Shown in pieces: positions 13,166 to 27,100 of a stretch of DNA of 64,000 bases (positions are counted from its first letter, which is position 1; every line of letters begins with the position of its first letter). The position numbers were made by a program, and so were the translations under genes. The DNA comes from the human T2T-CHM13v2.0 reference genome, Homo sapiens: NCBI RefSeq assembly GCF_009914755.1, contig NC_060947.1. The stretch is one strand, 5' to 3'. Under the pieces are notes generated by a model. It did not search any database and had not been told where the DNA came from. It saw only the letters and a list, made by a program, of their open reading frames with translations.

Positions 13166-14837
13166 ATAGGTGGAAAGGCACATTCCCTAGCCTAAAGAAA
13201 GCAGAGTAGACAAGTGAGCTTTTAATATCTTTTATCTAGGAACAGATCTATTGCATTCAAATCGAATTTAAGTATTCATTAATCACTCCATTATTTCTTT
13301 GTATGCCGGGACCAAGTCATCAGTTCCTTAAAGGTAAGGGTCATTTCATCTCTTCCTTTTGAGTGCTGCACTCTACCTAATCTTAGGCCTACAGAATGAG
13401 CAAGTACCTCCTGAGTCGAGTCCCTTCTGCTTATGACAAACTCTTGCTGTCACAAAGCTGAGGAAGGACTGTAGACAGAATTTTATTCCTTTACACTTAA
13501 GATCACTTTTTAGCACTACAGTTTGTTTTAGATAACAAATGCACTTATGGAGCAAGAGGGGGGAAACTGAGCATATGGAGAAGCCATGGAGGGGAGAAGG
13601 CATGGCTTTTAGAAGCCAGAAAAATTAGGTTCAAATCAAGTCCTCTCATTTACTGGTGAAGTGACTTACTCTTTCTGCATCTTAGTTTGCTGATCTGTGA
13701 AATGGTAGTAGCAACCCTATCTGACAGGGTTTTCGTGATCATGCTTCTAAGGGGCTATGCACAGTGTTGTCACTGAAGATGTGGCCCAGTGGAAGTACGC
13801 TCTCTTCCCTTTCCCTTTTGTAGATATAGTCTTGGGGCCATTGTACACTTGCTGCTTCCAAAGCTGGACATGCTTCTGAGAATATATATCTTAAAATAGC
13901 TAGGGCTCATAAGTAAAAATTTGCTAGCACATGGGTGGAAGTGGACAAGTGATTTTCATGTGCTGGAGTGAGTGTGGATATTGGCTGTGAGGCAAGACAA
14001 GGGCAAGTGCTGATAAAATGCAGAATATAATGTCTCTTGTTTAACGCTTTCACAGTGGTCATTATTGAAGGTGCTATTCTTAAGCACACTAAAAAATGCC
14101 GTAGAGTATAAGAAATGAATATCAGAATCCACGTAGTTTAAAATGCTAGGAATGATTTATAAACATGGATAGCAATTAAAGCCTCCTAATCATGTCAGAG
14201 TCAAGTTTCACATATGGGCTGCTGTAATCCTTTTATGCTGCAGTAGCCGATTACATTTAGATGATAAGAGGGCAATGCCTCGATGACAGCCTCTGGTGTA
14301 ACACAGAGACAGATACACAGGCTACAAGCTGCTTGAGTCAAGCTTTGCAATCTTACTCTAGAGCAGTAGCAATCAAGTAAAGAATTGTCAGTACTTTTCT
14401 GGCATATCGTGACACCCTTTTCTCCTTCTCCATCTTCTTGTTTAAGTACAGTCTGAGAAACTCTTTGACCCATACTTGCAAGCTGCATCAGATTCTGAGA
14501 GCAGAACAAGTGTTTCAACAATTGCTTGCAAGAAAGAATGTTGGTCACAAGGTGGCAGATTACCACACGCTTATGGAGAATCCTAATTATTTTTCTAAAA
14601 GCACAGAGTGGCAAACAAGTAAGGGAACTTCAGAAAGGTGTGTGTGCACATGGTGGGAAAGACGGATACCTTACATGGCCATAAGTTCTAAAGGTCATAT
14701 AAGGGCTGCCTCTCCAGCTGAGCCCTCTATCACAGGGCACCTTTTGAAGAGGCCCATGCAATCAGCATGATAAGATTCCTGGATTGACAGCTGACATCAC
14801 TCAGCAGACCTTATGCCAAGGTGATTATTTCCTAAGG

Positions 14838-15840
14838 CAGTGATTCCAACCCTGTTAGCACATTAGAATCACTTAGATAGATTTTAAAAAAAAGTACCCC
14901 TGTTGAGCCGCTACCACAATAAATTTTTTTCCAGTTATAAAGTCCTTTTTACTTAATTATTTCTTCTCAAGAAATATTTCTTCTCAAGAAAAAATATACA
15001 ATGAGGACATAGAATGAAATGTTTTATCCATATAAAAACTAGTAACTAAAAGTTGAGTATCTCTTATTTGAAATGCTTGGGACCAGAAGCACGACAAGAG
15101 ATTTTGCAGGTTTTCTTTGTTTGTTTGTTTGATTGTCAGTTTTTGGTTTGATGTTGAGCTCAGGCGTCAGTAGTATTTAAATATCCTCAGTTGATTCCAA
15201 TGTACAGCCAAGTTTGAGAATCACTAATCTAAAGCAGTGTTACTCAATGTATGGTACACAAACATAGCACTAGTCTGTGAACTATGTTACTTAATACAGT
15301 TCTTATTTAGTTCAGCTGACATTACTTTTCACAGCAAGACAGCAATATTTTCTTCATGAAGGAAGCAGTGATTTACCTTCTGGCATAAGATCCTTATCTA
15401 GTCATGGATTGGTAACAAAGAACTTGAGACACATGAAGAACATTTGAGTAGCCTTTCTCTAACGATAGTAGGTGGGAATCGAGAGGAAGGGAACAGCAAT
15501 CATTTTCAAAAGTGTGCTACTTGACAAAGCTCATGTTTGATGAGAACACACTGCTTAGTAGAGCCAGCAGAGCCTTTCCCAAAGTGTTACTTGGAAGATG
15601 TTCATCTGTATTATCAGTAAAAGGGTCCAGTAGCTAGAAGATGCTGTTTACCACTGAACTGCCTAAGGTAGACAGCTTCCTAATCTGCAAGACTCTTTAA
15701 AATCTTTCATATACTCATATGCATTGTGACTCTCTAGGAATGGCGTGTAATTTGGGAAACATATTTGACCACAAATGCTGTCTTTTTACATAAATATATG
15801 ATCAGTGTTGCATGAAATATTATTGGAAAACATTGATCTG
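14838..15840. mobile_element. Cluster of DNA-transposon fragments: split MER5-like element, short Tigger/MER46-like piece at ~15050, further hAT-Charlie-like pieces
   Basis: MER5 motifs cacattagaatcac and gattccaatgtacagccaagtttgagaatcact; gttgagtatctcttatttgaaatgcttgggaccagaag. Confidence 0.55.
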
Positions 15841-17160
15841 ATAACTATGTAAGAATCTGTGAAAAAGATTATAGTTCACTCCTGTATTCTCTTCAACCAG
15901 GCAAGTGAATTGTCATTTAAAACAAAAGACAGGGTGAAAATTGGAGCAGAGGGAGCAGAACATTCTTGTGCATCTCCTTAATAGACGTAGACTTCTAATA
16001 TCAGGATTGGGCTTGATTTGGGGAATCAACCAGTCTTTCAGGCTATGCCTTTATGGACATGGAACATAGCCTAGCTGGGTCATACCATGCTGGGTCCAGA
16101 AGGCAGAATTTCTTAAGTGGTTTACCAACTGGCTGGGAAGAGAAAAAAACTCCAGAAAAGTTGGCAAGACATCATCCCAAGAGCATGTTGCCAACACAAT
16201 CCCTGATGTCTTGGCCTTGAAAGGGGAAGCACCCATATGGATGTATAACTTCCAGATGTTTTCAAGTATCTTTGATTTTGACTTTTTAAAATCAAAATCA
16301 CCAGCATACACTGTCATTCATCTAGTAGAACTTTCAAAGCACTTTCGCAGATAAGTGTCACTTTAAACATAAATGCCTGAAACGGGTCATCAGTGCTGGC
16401 TTCATACAGGAGAAATGTCTGCTCCAAGTATTAACTAAGGAAGACTTCAGCCAAGAGAGTTACAAAGGAGAAACAACTTTGTCTCAAGGAAACCACCACC
16501 ATGATTGGAACACATAAGCTCAAGGGAGAGGGGAGGTCAGTTGCTTTAAAAAGTGAATGATATTTTAAAGAACGAACGGTTATTAGTTTGTACTCTAAAA
16601 GCCAGCCTCCAGCCTAGAGACTGAATGGAGATGCATATATTCAATAAGAGAATGATAAATGTCCATCTTATCATGAAAGTGAATTACTGGCTACTATACA
16701 TACTCCTTGATTAGACTGTAAGTTTTCCAGAGAGTAGAAACTATCCCCAAAATATGACTTCATTTTGTGTTTGCTGCCATAAGGTAGGGGAAATAAGGGG
16801 GAAGAAAGAATGGGTTTCATTGCCATTGCTGGTTTACTAATGTTATCAGGACATAAGCTGTAAGAGAAATAGAATTAAATACTTTGTGGGGAGAGGATAG
16901 TGTTTACTCACTGCTAATGACCAAGGCCACCAGATTTCTGGCATTAATTTGGACTAATATTTTTTTATCTTTCTTGTGACTCTGCAATTAAGCTGCCATT
17001 TGCTTCAATGAGCAAAGAAAATTGTCTTGTGTCATTTTGTGATCCTTCAGGTCATAAATCAAAGGCAGGGTGGCCCTAAGTCATGAAAGAAAAAAGTGAC
17101 TTTGAAATAAAAAGGTTGAGAACAAAGTCTTCTTATCTCTTCAGAGTCACCAGAACACAT

Positions 17161-19451
17161 GGTCCCATGCTTTTCTTTTTAAGTTCCGGTGTACATGTGT
17201 GGGATGTGCAAGTTTGTTACATAGGTAAATGTGTGCCATGGTGGTTTGCTGCACCTATCAAACCATCACCGAAATATTAAGCCCAGCATGCATTAGCTAT
17301 TTTTCCTGATGCTCTCCCTCCCCCGATACCTCTCACCTCAACATGCTCCGGTGTGTGTTGTTCCACTCCCTGTGTCTATGTGTTCTCATTGTTCAGCTCC
17401 CACTTACATGTGAGAACATGTGGTGTTTGGTTTTCTGTTCCTGTGTTAGTTTGCTGAGGATAATGGCCTCTGGATCCATCCATGTCCCTGCAAAGGACAT
17501 GATCTCGTTCCTTTTTATGGCTGCATAGTATTCTACAGTGTATATATACCACATTTTCTTTATCCAGCCTATCATTGATGGGCATTTGGGTTCATTCCAT
17601 GTCTTTGCTACTGTGAATAGTGCTGCAGTGAACATATGTATGCATGTATTTTTATAACAGAATGATTTATATTCCTTTAAGTATACACCCAGTAATGGGA
17701 TAGCTGGGTCAAATGGTATTTCTGGTTCTAGGTCTTTGAGGAATTGCCACACTGTCTTCCACAATGGTTGAACTAATTTACATTCCCACCAACAGTGGAA
17801 AAGCATTCCTATTTCTCCACAGCCTTACCACCATCTGTTGTTTCTTAACATTTTAATAATCACTATTCTGACTGGCATGAGATGGTACCTCATTGTGGCT
17901 TTGATTTGCATTTCTCTAATGACGCAGCAAAGGTCTTCAATAAAATTCAACTCCCCTTCATGTTAAAAACTCTCAATAAACTAGTTATGGAAGGAACATA
18001 CCTCAAAATAATAAGAGCCATTTATGACAAACCCACAGCCAATATCATTCTGAATGGGCAAAAGCTGGGGGCATTCCCCTTGAAAACCGGCACAAGACAA
18101 GGATGCCGTCTCTCACCACTCCTATTCAACACAGTATTGGAAGTTCTGGCCAGGGCAATCAGGCAAGAGAAAGAAATAAAGTGTATTCAAATAGGAAGAG
18201 AGGAAGTCAAATTGTCTTTCTTTGCAGATGATGTGATCCTATATCTAGAAAACCCCATTGTCTCAGCCCAAAAGCTTCTTAAGCTGGTAAGCAACTTCAG
18301 CAAAGTCTCAGGATCCAAAGTCAATGTGCAAAAATTACGAGCATTCCTACACACCAACAACAGACAAGCAGACAGCCAAATCATGAATGAACTCCCATTC
18401 ACAATTGCTACAAAGAGAATAAAATACCTAGGAATACAGCTAACAAGGGAAGTGAAACACCTCTTCAAGGGAACTATAAACCACTGCTCAAAATAAATCA
18501 GAGGACACAAACCAATGGAAAAACATTCCATGCTCATGGATAGAAAAAATAAATATGTTTAAAATGGCCATACTGCCCAAAGTAATTTATAGATTCAATG
18601 CTATTCCTGTTAAACTACCATTTACATTATTCACAGAATTAGAAAAAAACAATTTTACAATTCATATGAGACCAAAAAGAGCCTGCATAGCCAAGACAAT
18701 CCTAAGCAAAAAGAACAAAGCTGGAGGCATCACACTACCTGACTTCAAACTATACTGTAACGGTACAGCATGGTACTGGTACAAAAGCAGACACATACAA
18801 CAATGGAACAGAATAGAGAACTCAGAAATAAGACCGCACATCTACAACCATCTGATCTTTGACAAACTTGACAAAAACAAGGAGTTGGGAAAGGATTCCC
18901 TACTTAATAAATGGTGCTGGGTGAACTGGCTAGCCATATGCAGAAAATTGGAACTGGACCTCTTCCTTGTACCTTATACAAAACTTAATTCAAGATGGAT
19001 TAAAGACTTAAATATAAAACCCAAAACTACAAAAACCCTAGAAGAAAATCTAGGCAATGCCATTCAGGACATAGGCATGGGCAAAGATTCCATAATGAAA
19101 ACATCAAAAGCAATTGCAACAAAAGCAAAAATTGACAAATGGGATTTAATTAAACTAAAGAGCTTCTGCACAGCAAAAGAAACTATCATCAGAGTGAACA
19201 AACAGCCTATAAAATGGGAGAAAATGTTTGCAATCTGTCTATCTGGCAAAGGTCTAATATCCAGAGCCTAAAAGGAACTTAAACAAATTTACAAGGGAAA
19301 AACTAAACAACCCCATTAAAAAGTGGGCAAAGGACATGAACAGACACTTCTCAAAAGAAGACATTCATGCAGCCAACAAACACATTAGAAAAAAAAAAGC
19401 TCATTATCACTGATAATTAAAGAAATGCAAACCAAGGCCCCATGCTTTTCT
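17161..19451 (-). mobile_element. 5'-truncated, 5'-inverted L1 (L1PA8-11-like): 3' end on minus strand 17177-~17921, inverted ORF2 part on plus strand ~17922-19435
   Basis: TSD gg(t/c)cccatgcttttct at 17161-17176 and 19436-19451. Plus-strand ORFs carry the RT motif FADDVILY and the C-terminal ORF2 region; the minus-strand ORF carries [14 protein letters not shown]. Confidence 0.95.
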
Positions 19452-20035
19452 AACAGAATAGGAATGTCCCCTCAATTATTCTAAAGGAGACAGACATGGA
19501 ACCTAGTTATGTCTTTCCTGAAAGTCAAGATATTTTCAGCTGACAAGCATCAGAGGTTATTACCCAACTCTAGCTTAGTGACAAAATGATTTAATAACCA
19601 TAGTTTAGTTTTATTCAACTATTAATTCAAATTAATGCTGACACATTTTTCTCGAAAGGAAAATTAGCATTAAGATGAGGAAGGCACAACAGGAAAACAA
19701 CAATGTTGAAAAAACATGAAGATGAAAAACATTTCCCTCAGCATGTTCCTCAGCATTCCTCTGACTTCTTCCTCTCCCATCATTAAGGTAAGACTGATAT
19801 TCATGGTGATGTATGCTCTTTCTGGAATAACCCAACGCATTATCAGAGTAACAGACATGGTAGTTACAAATATACCCCCTTACCATTTAGCATGTAATTT
19901 TGCTTTCTCTTGGTTGGTGGAAGCTGCCATACTTTATCATCAATCTCCAGCACAGATTCTCTTCTCCAACCAAAGCCGCAATGGTTGGATGGCTCTCTGA
20001 ATAAAAAGGTTACGAATGCCCTAAGGAAGACAGAA

Positions 20036-20046
20036 TGTGTGTGTGT

Positions 20047-20083
<37 letters not shown>
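20036..20083. repeat. (TG)n microsatellite with two CG interruptions
   Basis: Directly visible. Confidence 0.97.
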
Positions 20084-20087
<4 letters not shown>

Positions 20088-22391
20088 CACATGAAAACAG
20101 GACTATAGCAAAGAGCTCAAATGCCTGATAAAAAGATGGTGACAAATCACCAAGCTCTGTAGTACTTTCCTATGTTGCATTAATTTCTTCACATTTACTA
20201 TCGTAATCAGAATTTTAAACCCTAAAAGCAAACACTGGGAATCCATGATTTATTTTTCCCTGTAGATTTCCAACACTATCTACTTGCAAGCATATTTATC
20301 TTGGTGTGATTCTCTTTAACAATCTTCGAACATCAGTAAAAGTCCAAGGAGTGGCATTTAGGAAATGACAACTATGCTAATATTAGATTGGCTTCCAGGA
20401 GTTACTCTAAATTAGTGATTTCATTTTGGCACAAATGCCATAGGAAGATAAAGTGAACAAAAGAATAAAGCTATGAAGCTTATACTTTCTTTTGCCAAAA
20501 GGCTCCTGGAGCGGTAAGAAAAAGATTTTGGTAATGATCTCCACTCTCCATGTGGCTTTCTTTTAACAAAGAACATTGCTGGTACTGGGCCAAATTAGAC
20601 TCTCAGATACTTGTGTGCACTTCTTCAGCCAAATTCCAGCACTCACATAATATTATATCATAAGTGGTTTTTATAGAAATAATCATGTCACTGAAAATCG
20701 CAAATGTTTGGAACAGATTAAAAATTTTTTTGGAATTGGATATTCATAAATAGAAACCTGGTATTGGCAAAGTGTAATTTGGCCTTCGTGTATCCTGAAA
20801 AGCCAGTGAGATATTTCAGTCCCTTTGTGTATTATTTTATATGGATTCTGAGGGCCCTGGACGTAAGACAAAAATATCTATAAAAAGATGGGTGACTATA
20901 AACAATGTTAAATTATCTGTAGCAAATCTTAAGAGGTCATAAACTATGAAAACAGCCCAGCCCTTATAAACCACTGCCAAACAAAAGAAACAGCAAGACT
21001 TTATCTATACTAATTAAAAAAGAGTTGGGTAATTTTTATCAATTTAGTAATTCCAACTGTATCACAATACACATAAACCTGTTTAATTAATCATTTCTAA
21101 AGCTTACGCAATTCAAACATTTATTTCCCCAAAAGGCTTAAAAATTTTTTTTTAATTTTTCATTTGGGGGTTTTAACATTGCATAAAAAAATAATCTCAT
21201 TAGAAGAGGTTATACTAGCATACGGGCATTGCATAGATCAAACAATGTATGGTTTAACCACCCTGTCCATTGCCTTCACCTGCTGTAGAATTGGTGAGCA
21301 TCCACAGCCAAGGTCAATTAAGGTCTCATGTTTTGGCACGGAGGCCATGACAGGGAGTATCTCTTCAAAATGTTTCACGTAACAATAAAATGTTTCAAGG
21401 TATAGACATAGTTTAAATGCAAAACACTATCCATTTGTTAAAAAAAAAAAAAGAGGTCTTTTATTTCTACTAATTATAACAAAATGTCACAACAACCTTA
21501 AGAGGGAACCGAACACTATAACTTACGGCAATTAAAAAACAGTCCTGCAAAAATCTTCCAGGTTGCCAGAATGACCAGTGAACCCTTCCAAACCCATAGT
21601 TACTTCGCCTCCTGGAAATGATGAGCTTCGATATCCTACATGAAGTAAGCATGTTAAGTTCTTGGCAATGTTTCCTTATTTATCCAAGATCAGCTCCACA
21701 GCATGTTTTCTTTCGCCCCCATCTAAAGCCTTCTGGATCCTGTTAACTTGTGTAGAGATCAAGTGTTTTCATTTTAAGGTCTGAGTTCATCATTAGATTC
21801 TGGGATCTTGTTTGAGGGGGTACAGTAAGATTGCAAATAGTATTTAAATGTCATCCCAGAAAACCTCTGACTTTAATACTAGTTACAAATCATTCATAAG
21901 AATAAAGACAGAAATATTAGCTTTGATATCGTGGCAGGAGGACCTGGAAGGAGGGCAAGACTGAGGAAAATCTCCAATCTGAAAGAAGACAATGCCCATC
22001 ATCACAGTACACAAGTGAAAGGATGGCAGCCCCATTAAACACAATGGCAACAGCTCAATATGTGGATTAAATGACAGATCAAAAACTACCTAACTTTGCA
22101 GAAGAGAGTCTAACTGCTACCTATTCTCTTAAGAATTCTCTATATCTGAAAATATTCATAACAGTATTTACAATACACTCCAGATGGTACTTGAAAATAA
22201 CAGATTCTGTCAAAATTATATGTAATAATAAAAGGAATGGGGTCTTAACTGTTTTTTAAAATCTGAAATATTGTTAAAAATATTTTAATTATGTAACTGA
22301 TTGCTTGAGCGAATTTAACCAGCTGCTTCTTAACTGGCTTATTTTTCTTAACGAAACCAAATTTTGATTTTTAGGCTGATTTGCAAGTACA

Positions 22392-22397
<6 letters not shown>

Positions 22398-22422
<25 letters not shown>
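22398..22422. repeat. (TG)n microsatellite
   Basis: Directly visible. Confidence 0.95.
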
Positions 22423-22423
<1 letters not shown>

Positions 22424-23941
22424 TTATAATTTTTAGAGTAAAGAAAGCAGAAAATATTGGAATGTAGTATATATAGTAAAGTAATTGTCACTGGTTAAAA
22501 TTTTTTTGTTTCATTAAAGTACAAAATAAAGTTAGTTATCTTCTCCACTAAACAACCAAATGATTGCTTTTACTCACTGTAAAAGTTCACCATTTATACC
22601 TCCAGATGAATATATGTGGAAGTCGGTGGTCACACTCAACGTGAATAGTTTAGACACCAAAAGTATGGGTAGAATATAAATATGAGTGCTCTATTCTATG
22701 GCTGAATTAAACACAGATACATGTAGGCTTCTCATTTTCTGCCAATGATTGTCTTAAACTCTATTTGGAAAGAAGAAAAGGGGAAACTTTGAGTTGTGAA
22801 GTTTTGCTTCCAAAACTACGGACTAGAGTGCATTTGGAGAAATTTATTTACTCACCGAATTTTAACCCACATGCCAGTCTCTCCCATATCAGAAAGACAA
22901 TTATCATAAGGATTCCCATAATGATGCAAAAGGGCAACTTGAAATAGAAACAAGGTCGCTTTTAGAAATTATACAAAAACCACTAATGCAAAAGTATACA
23001 CCAACTGCCAAAGAACAGGTGAATTTTGTCACTTCCAAATGTTATTCATTGGTAAACTGCCTCAGTGATATTTAATGTGAGGGGAAAATGGGCTGTTTAA
23101 CAAGTATTAGCATTTACATTATAATTCTCAGAAGTTATTTTGGAAGCTGGAATGTAAACAGATGGCAATAAATTTACCACATTTTATTTGTAATGTGAAA
23201 AATATTTCTCTTTGATAGATGCAAAAATGTTGGAAACAATGAATAAATACCATTTCTGGCCAGATGAAATACTTTGAAGATATATTTGTGATATGGATTG
23301 CAATGAGTACCTTATTAACCTCAGTTTAAGTAACAGCAAGTAGAGTTGTCCAAACCTGTACTTGAGCTGAAAAGAAAAAACAAACTACTCATAGTTTCCT
23401 TGAGGCATGCATTTTACCATGGCAAAGTGCAACGGGGCGTGCATTATACAGGTAATCTGGGCCTGCTTCAGCAAACTAAGTAGATCATGAGCATTCTTCA
23501 AGTGCAATGCAAAAGCTTTATGGAGTGAAGGAGAGTTGAAAATTTTTGAAACAATCTTCTCATTATTTCATTTTAGAAGTTTCATTCCTCAGCTGACTGC
23601 TGCTTCAGGAATGCAAGGTGATGGGAACAGAATTGGCCAGATGTTGGCTACAGAAGCAAGCAACTTTGCCAGCCCAAATGGGGCAGTAAAATGACAGCAA
23701 CTGAAAATGTTTCAGCTGTGAAAAGCAGGGTGACGCTGTGCGCTGTGCCAGAGATGACCATATTATACAGCGTCCCATCTGAGACTGTATAACACTTTCA
23801 CCAGCCAGCCAGGGGGCCTCCTAGCTATGGCAGGGCCTGAACAACACACAGCACACCAGAGGGCAATGCACAATCCAAAAGAAAGAGAAAGAAAGAAGAA
23901 TGAGAGAAAACAAGCAAAACACGCGTCTGTCGTGCACAAAC

Positions 23942-24109
23942 CTTCCGGCTCTGTGTTCTCTTTGTGGTGTACTTGCTTCAGCGGGCAGCAGAAGATTTCG
24001 TGACACTTAGCACGAAAGGGGGACTCTTTTTTCTTTAATTCCGCAGATTGGATGGAATCTTGTCGTAACATAATGTATTCCTGTGTGCCAGGGGGGGCGT
24101 CATCCAGAA
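23942..24109 (-). CDS. FGF13: FGF13 (FHF2) alternative N-terminal exon 1Y, 168 nt / 56 codons, phase 1-1 cassette; internal ATG (MLRQDS...) at 24071
   Basis: Translation (V)LDDAPPGTQEYIMLRQDSIQSAELKKKESPFRAKCHEIFCCPLKQVHHKENTEPE matches my recollection of the FGF13-VY/Y N-terminus, which continues EPQLKGIVTKL in the common exon. Minus-strand acceptor ...gaccacag|TTCTGG (AG at 24111-24110) and donor CCGGAAG|gtttgt (GT at 23941-23940). Length is divisible by 3. Confidence 0.93.
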
Positions 24110-27100
24110 CTGTGGTCACCACATAACAAAATGAACTCAAGTTAGAGCCTCAGAAAAGCAGCGAATGTCTTAAATCAAATATACTCCCAGGGAAGACTAA
24201 AGAAACAACAGCCCTAAGAAAAGTTTCAAAGAAAAACATCTAATAGCTTGGCGATTTTATTTTAATGGGCTTAGTTTAAAATACTAAAGCCGTGGAAATA
24301 GCTACTCGACTATATATACCTCTGTTGCTAGTACAATGAAAACAGTGTTAAATCATACCCAAAGTGCAAAAACGTATTTTAATATGGATGCTCATGTTGT
24401 ATCTAAATAAACACCATGTAGAACTTATAGGTTTCAGATTGAGTACAATATAAGTATTCATAGGTTAAACTGGCTAATATCCACCAATTATCAGTAAATT
24501 TGCTTCTGTTTCTTTTCTTGGTCTGCTCCTGGTGAGGGCCTTACTTCCAAGCAGTATACACGGAGACAGACAGAAGAATCAGTCACTGCTCTTTACTCTT
24601 TTGATTTCCAAAGAGAACTGAAGCTGTTGCAAACATTCTTCAGATGTTCAAAACCCCTTAATGAAGACAAGAGATTCCAGCTGAGAGCCTACGAAACAAC
24701 GCTTGGTCAAAGGACTACCTTGTTGGATTGTAAAAGAGCCAGGCCTGGTTTAATAATTTTGGCCTTAGGTATACACCAGGATCCTCTCAGTCCACATTTT
24801 TCTTTCTAGGCTCTTTATATGCTTCCTAAGTGTATCACTAGTGTTTTTGTATCACTATTATTTTTATTCCCTGCAAAAGCAAGATATTTGCCTTTATAGG
24901 GTTCACTGCTACATTCTCTATTCTGAAAACCTTCCATGAAAATAGGTGCAAATTTGATCTGCATTTTCAGAAACAGGGAACTGACCCCAGCATGAATTGT
25001 TTTCTTTCACACCCTTCCCAATGAGGCCATTCCATTTCACCAGAAGTGAGTCAGTGCCTCCAAAGCTTTGATTAATGACGAGCTGACTCATTCTACTACC
25101 CGAAATGCATACACTTAACACGCATGTAGGAGGACTGATACTACTAGCAAATTTCTTGTGGGGTGAATAATGCCGTGGTGTTTGTAAAAAAAAAAATAAA
25201 TAAATAAACAAATGGTGGCTGAATTTAGATGGGATATGAAGCTTCTGTGTTGGGTAAAACATTCCTAGCTCATTGGCTGGGATCTTAAGGGGCTTTAAGA
25301 ATTTCCTTTCATGTCAAGGAAAAAATAGTATAAAAACCAACATAACTTTTAAATTAGTATTATGAGTTTAGAACAAGTTCTTAATAGATTGACTCTATGA
25401 GGGATTGTTGTCTTCCTTTATAACTCATTAAATTATGCAAGATGGTGATGCTGATATTTTAGTCAGTTCTCTATTTCCCTCTAGCATTCAGCAGCAGCAA
25501 TCAAAAATATTACATAGACACACCACGATAGCTTTTTCCGTAGAGAGTTCCCTTCATCTACTAGGAATGCGACTATAACTTCTTAGAATCTCGTTGTTGA
25601 ATGCACATCTTTGCTAGCAACAGCTGCTATTCAAAACATTTGTAACCATTTCCTGCCATGAGCAGATAGTTATGATAATATAGACACTCATCAAATTCCA
25701 GCATCACAGCTGAAGACAAATTCTAGTTTTACCATCCAAAATATTTAAATAAAACTCCCCAAATTGGAACTCTTTAAAAAAAGAAGCACCCATGATTATA
25801 TGGAAACTGAGAAATTCCATTTTCACCCACTGCTGTATAGAAAACATATTATAAGACTGAAGGACAATTGGAGGATAAAAGAGAAAAAATGACTTTTTGA
25901 CAATGCATAAGGAATTTGTTATTCAGAAGTACGTGACAGATAACAGTAAACTGTCTTCCATTTTCATTGCTCAGTACCAACAATGATGTCACAAATTGAC
26001 ATTTCTGGAGATTAATAGTGGACTGAAGCTAATAGCCTTTGGCTGACTCTCCAGCCATCAGCTTTTCCCAGCTGGTCATTAATTCCCAGAAAATGCCTTG
26101 TACTGGCATCATTATTGTTTAATTAGATACGACTGGTTATCTGTAACACACAACAAAATTCTAGTGAAAGCTACATGCTGACTGATACAAGTGCTAACCC
26201 CAAAATTCATCATGATGGGAAAAACATGAAGGTCATAAAAGTGCAGGATAATTGCTTTCCACAAAATTTTCCCTGTCTTTTGTTCTTTCTTCAAATTGAA
26301 TTTAGCAAGTGCAAAAGGTGCCAAGATGAGAGTGTTCAAGGAGTCATCAGAACAGTAACCATAGGCACAGAACATTTCCTCGGAAATCGTGAACATCTGG
26401 GAGTTAATGGGTCAGCTTTGGGTCTCAGGCTGTCTCTCCTCAATACCTCAAATGTCAGTCAATTCAAGCAAAACAGAAAAAAAAAGAGTAGTCAACCAAC
26501 AGTAGCTTGATGTTATGTTGGCAAAAGAGCTAGAAACACTGATTTTTTTAAACCAGAAGTGGCACTGTATAGGCAACACATTACGCTGGCTTATGAAATC
26601 TCTTTAATTTGAGATATTTTGGATGGAAAATTAAAACTGTTATATCAAATGCACTTATTCCCAGGGCTCCCTCAAGTAGGATGGTGGCTGTATGTGCAGT
26701 TGACAGCAGAAAGAATGAAAGATGACTTCCCACAGGACTCCAGCAGTAAGATAGGTGGGTAGCTTTGTTCTGATTCCCTAAGAAAGTGATGAGGATGCAA
26801 TGCGTCCATGGGGTACCAGCTTTATGAAGGGAAAAGGAGACCTGCAAAGAATCCAGCCCATTAAGATAGGAAAAGGGAATGGGTTTCTTTTTTCCCTGGC
26901 TTAATGCAATGTTTTCTGCCATTTTACCCAATCTGGTACATTCCCTTCTTGCACATGACCTCTATCCTCTGACAACCACTCTTGCCACTGTTCATCTGAA
27001 CCATTTGTCCACCTTTCATTCAGTGACTCCTGCTGCCCTACCCAAAAATAGATTTATCCAGTCTTGGAGGTGGACAAAAAATTCCAGTGATTAGGTAGAC

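Noticed and set aside
17882-19271. 204-aa and 238-aa ORFs with an RT motif, as a novel reverse-transcriptase gene
   Set aside because: They are frameshifted L1 ORF2 pieces inside a TSD-flanked, truncated, inverted L1 with no promoter.
24110-24140. ORF-track start MSSFCYVVTT as the N-terminus of the FGF13 exon
   Set aside because: It starts at a non-ATG codon in the intron upstream of the acceptor AG; FGF13 similarity begins at VLDD.
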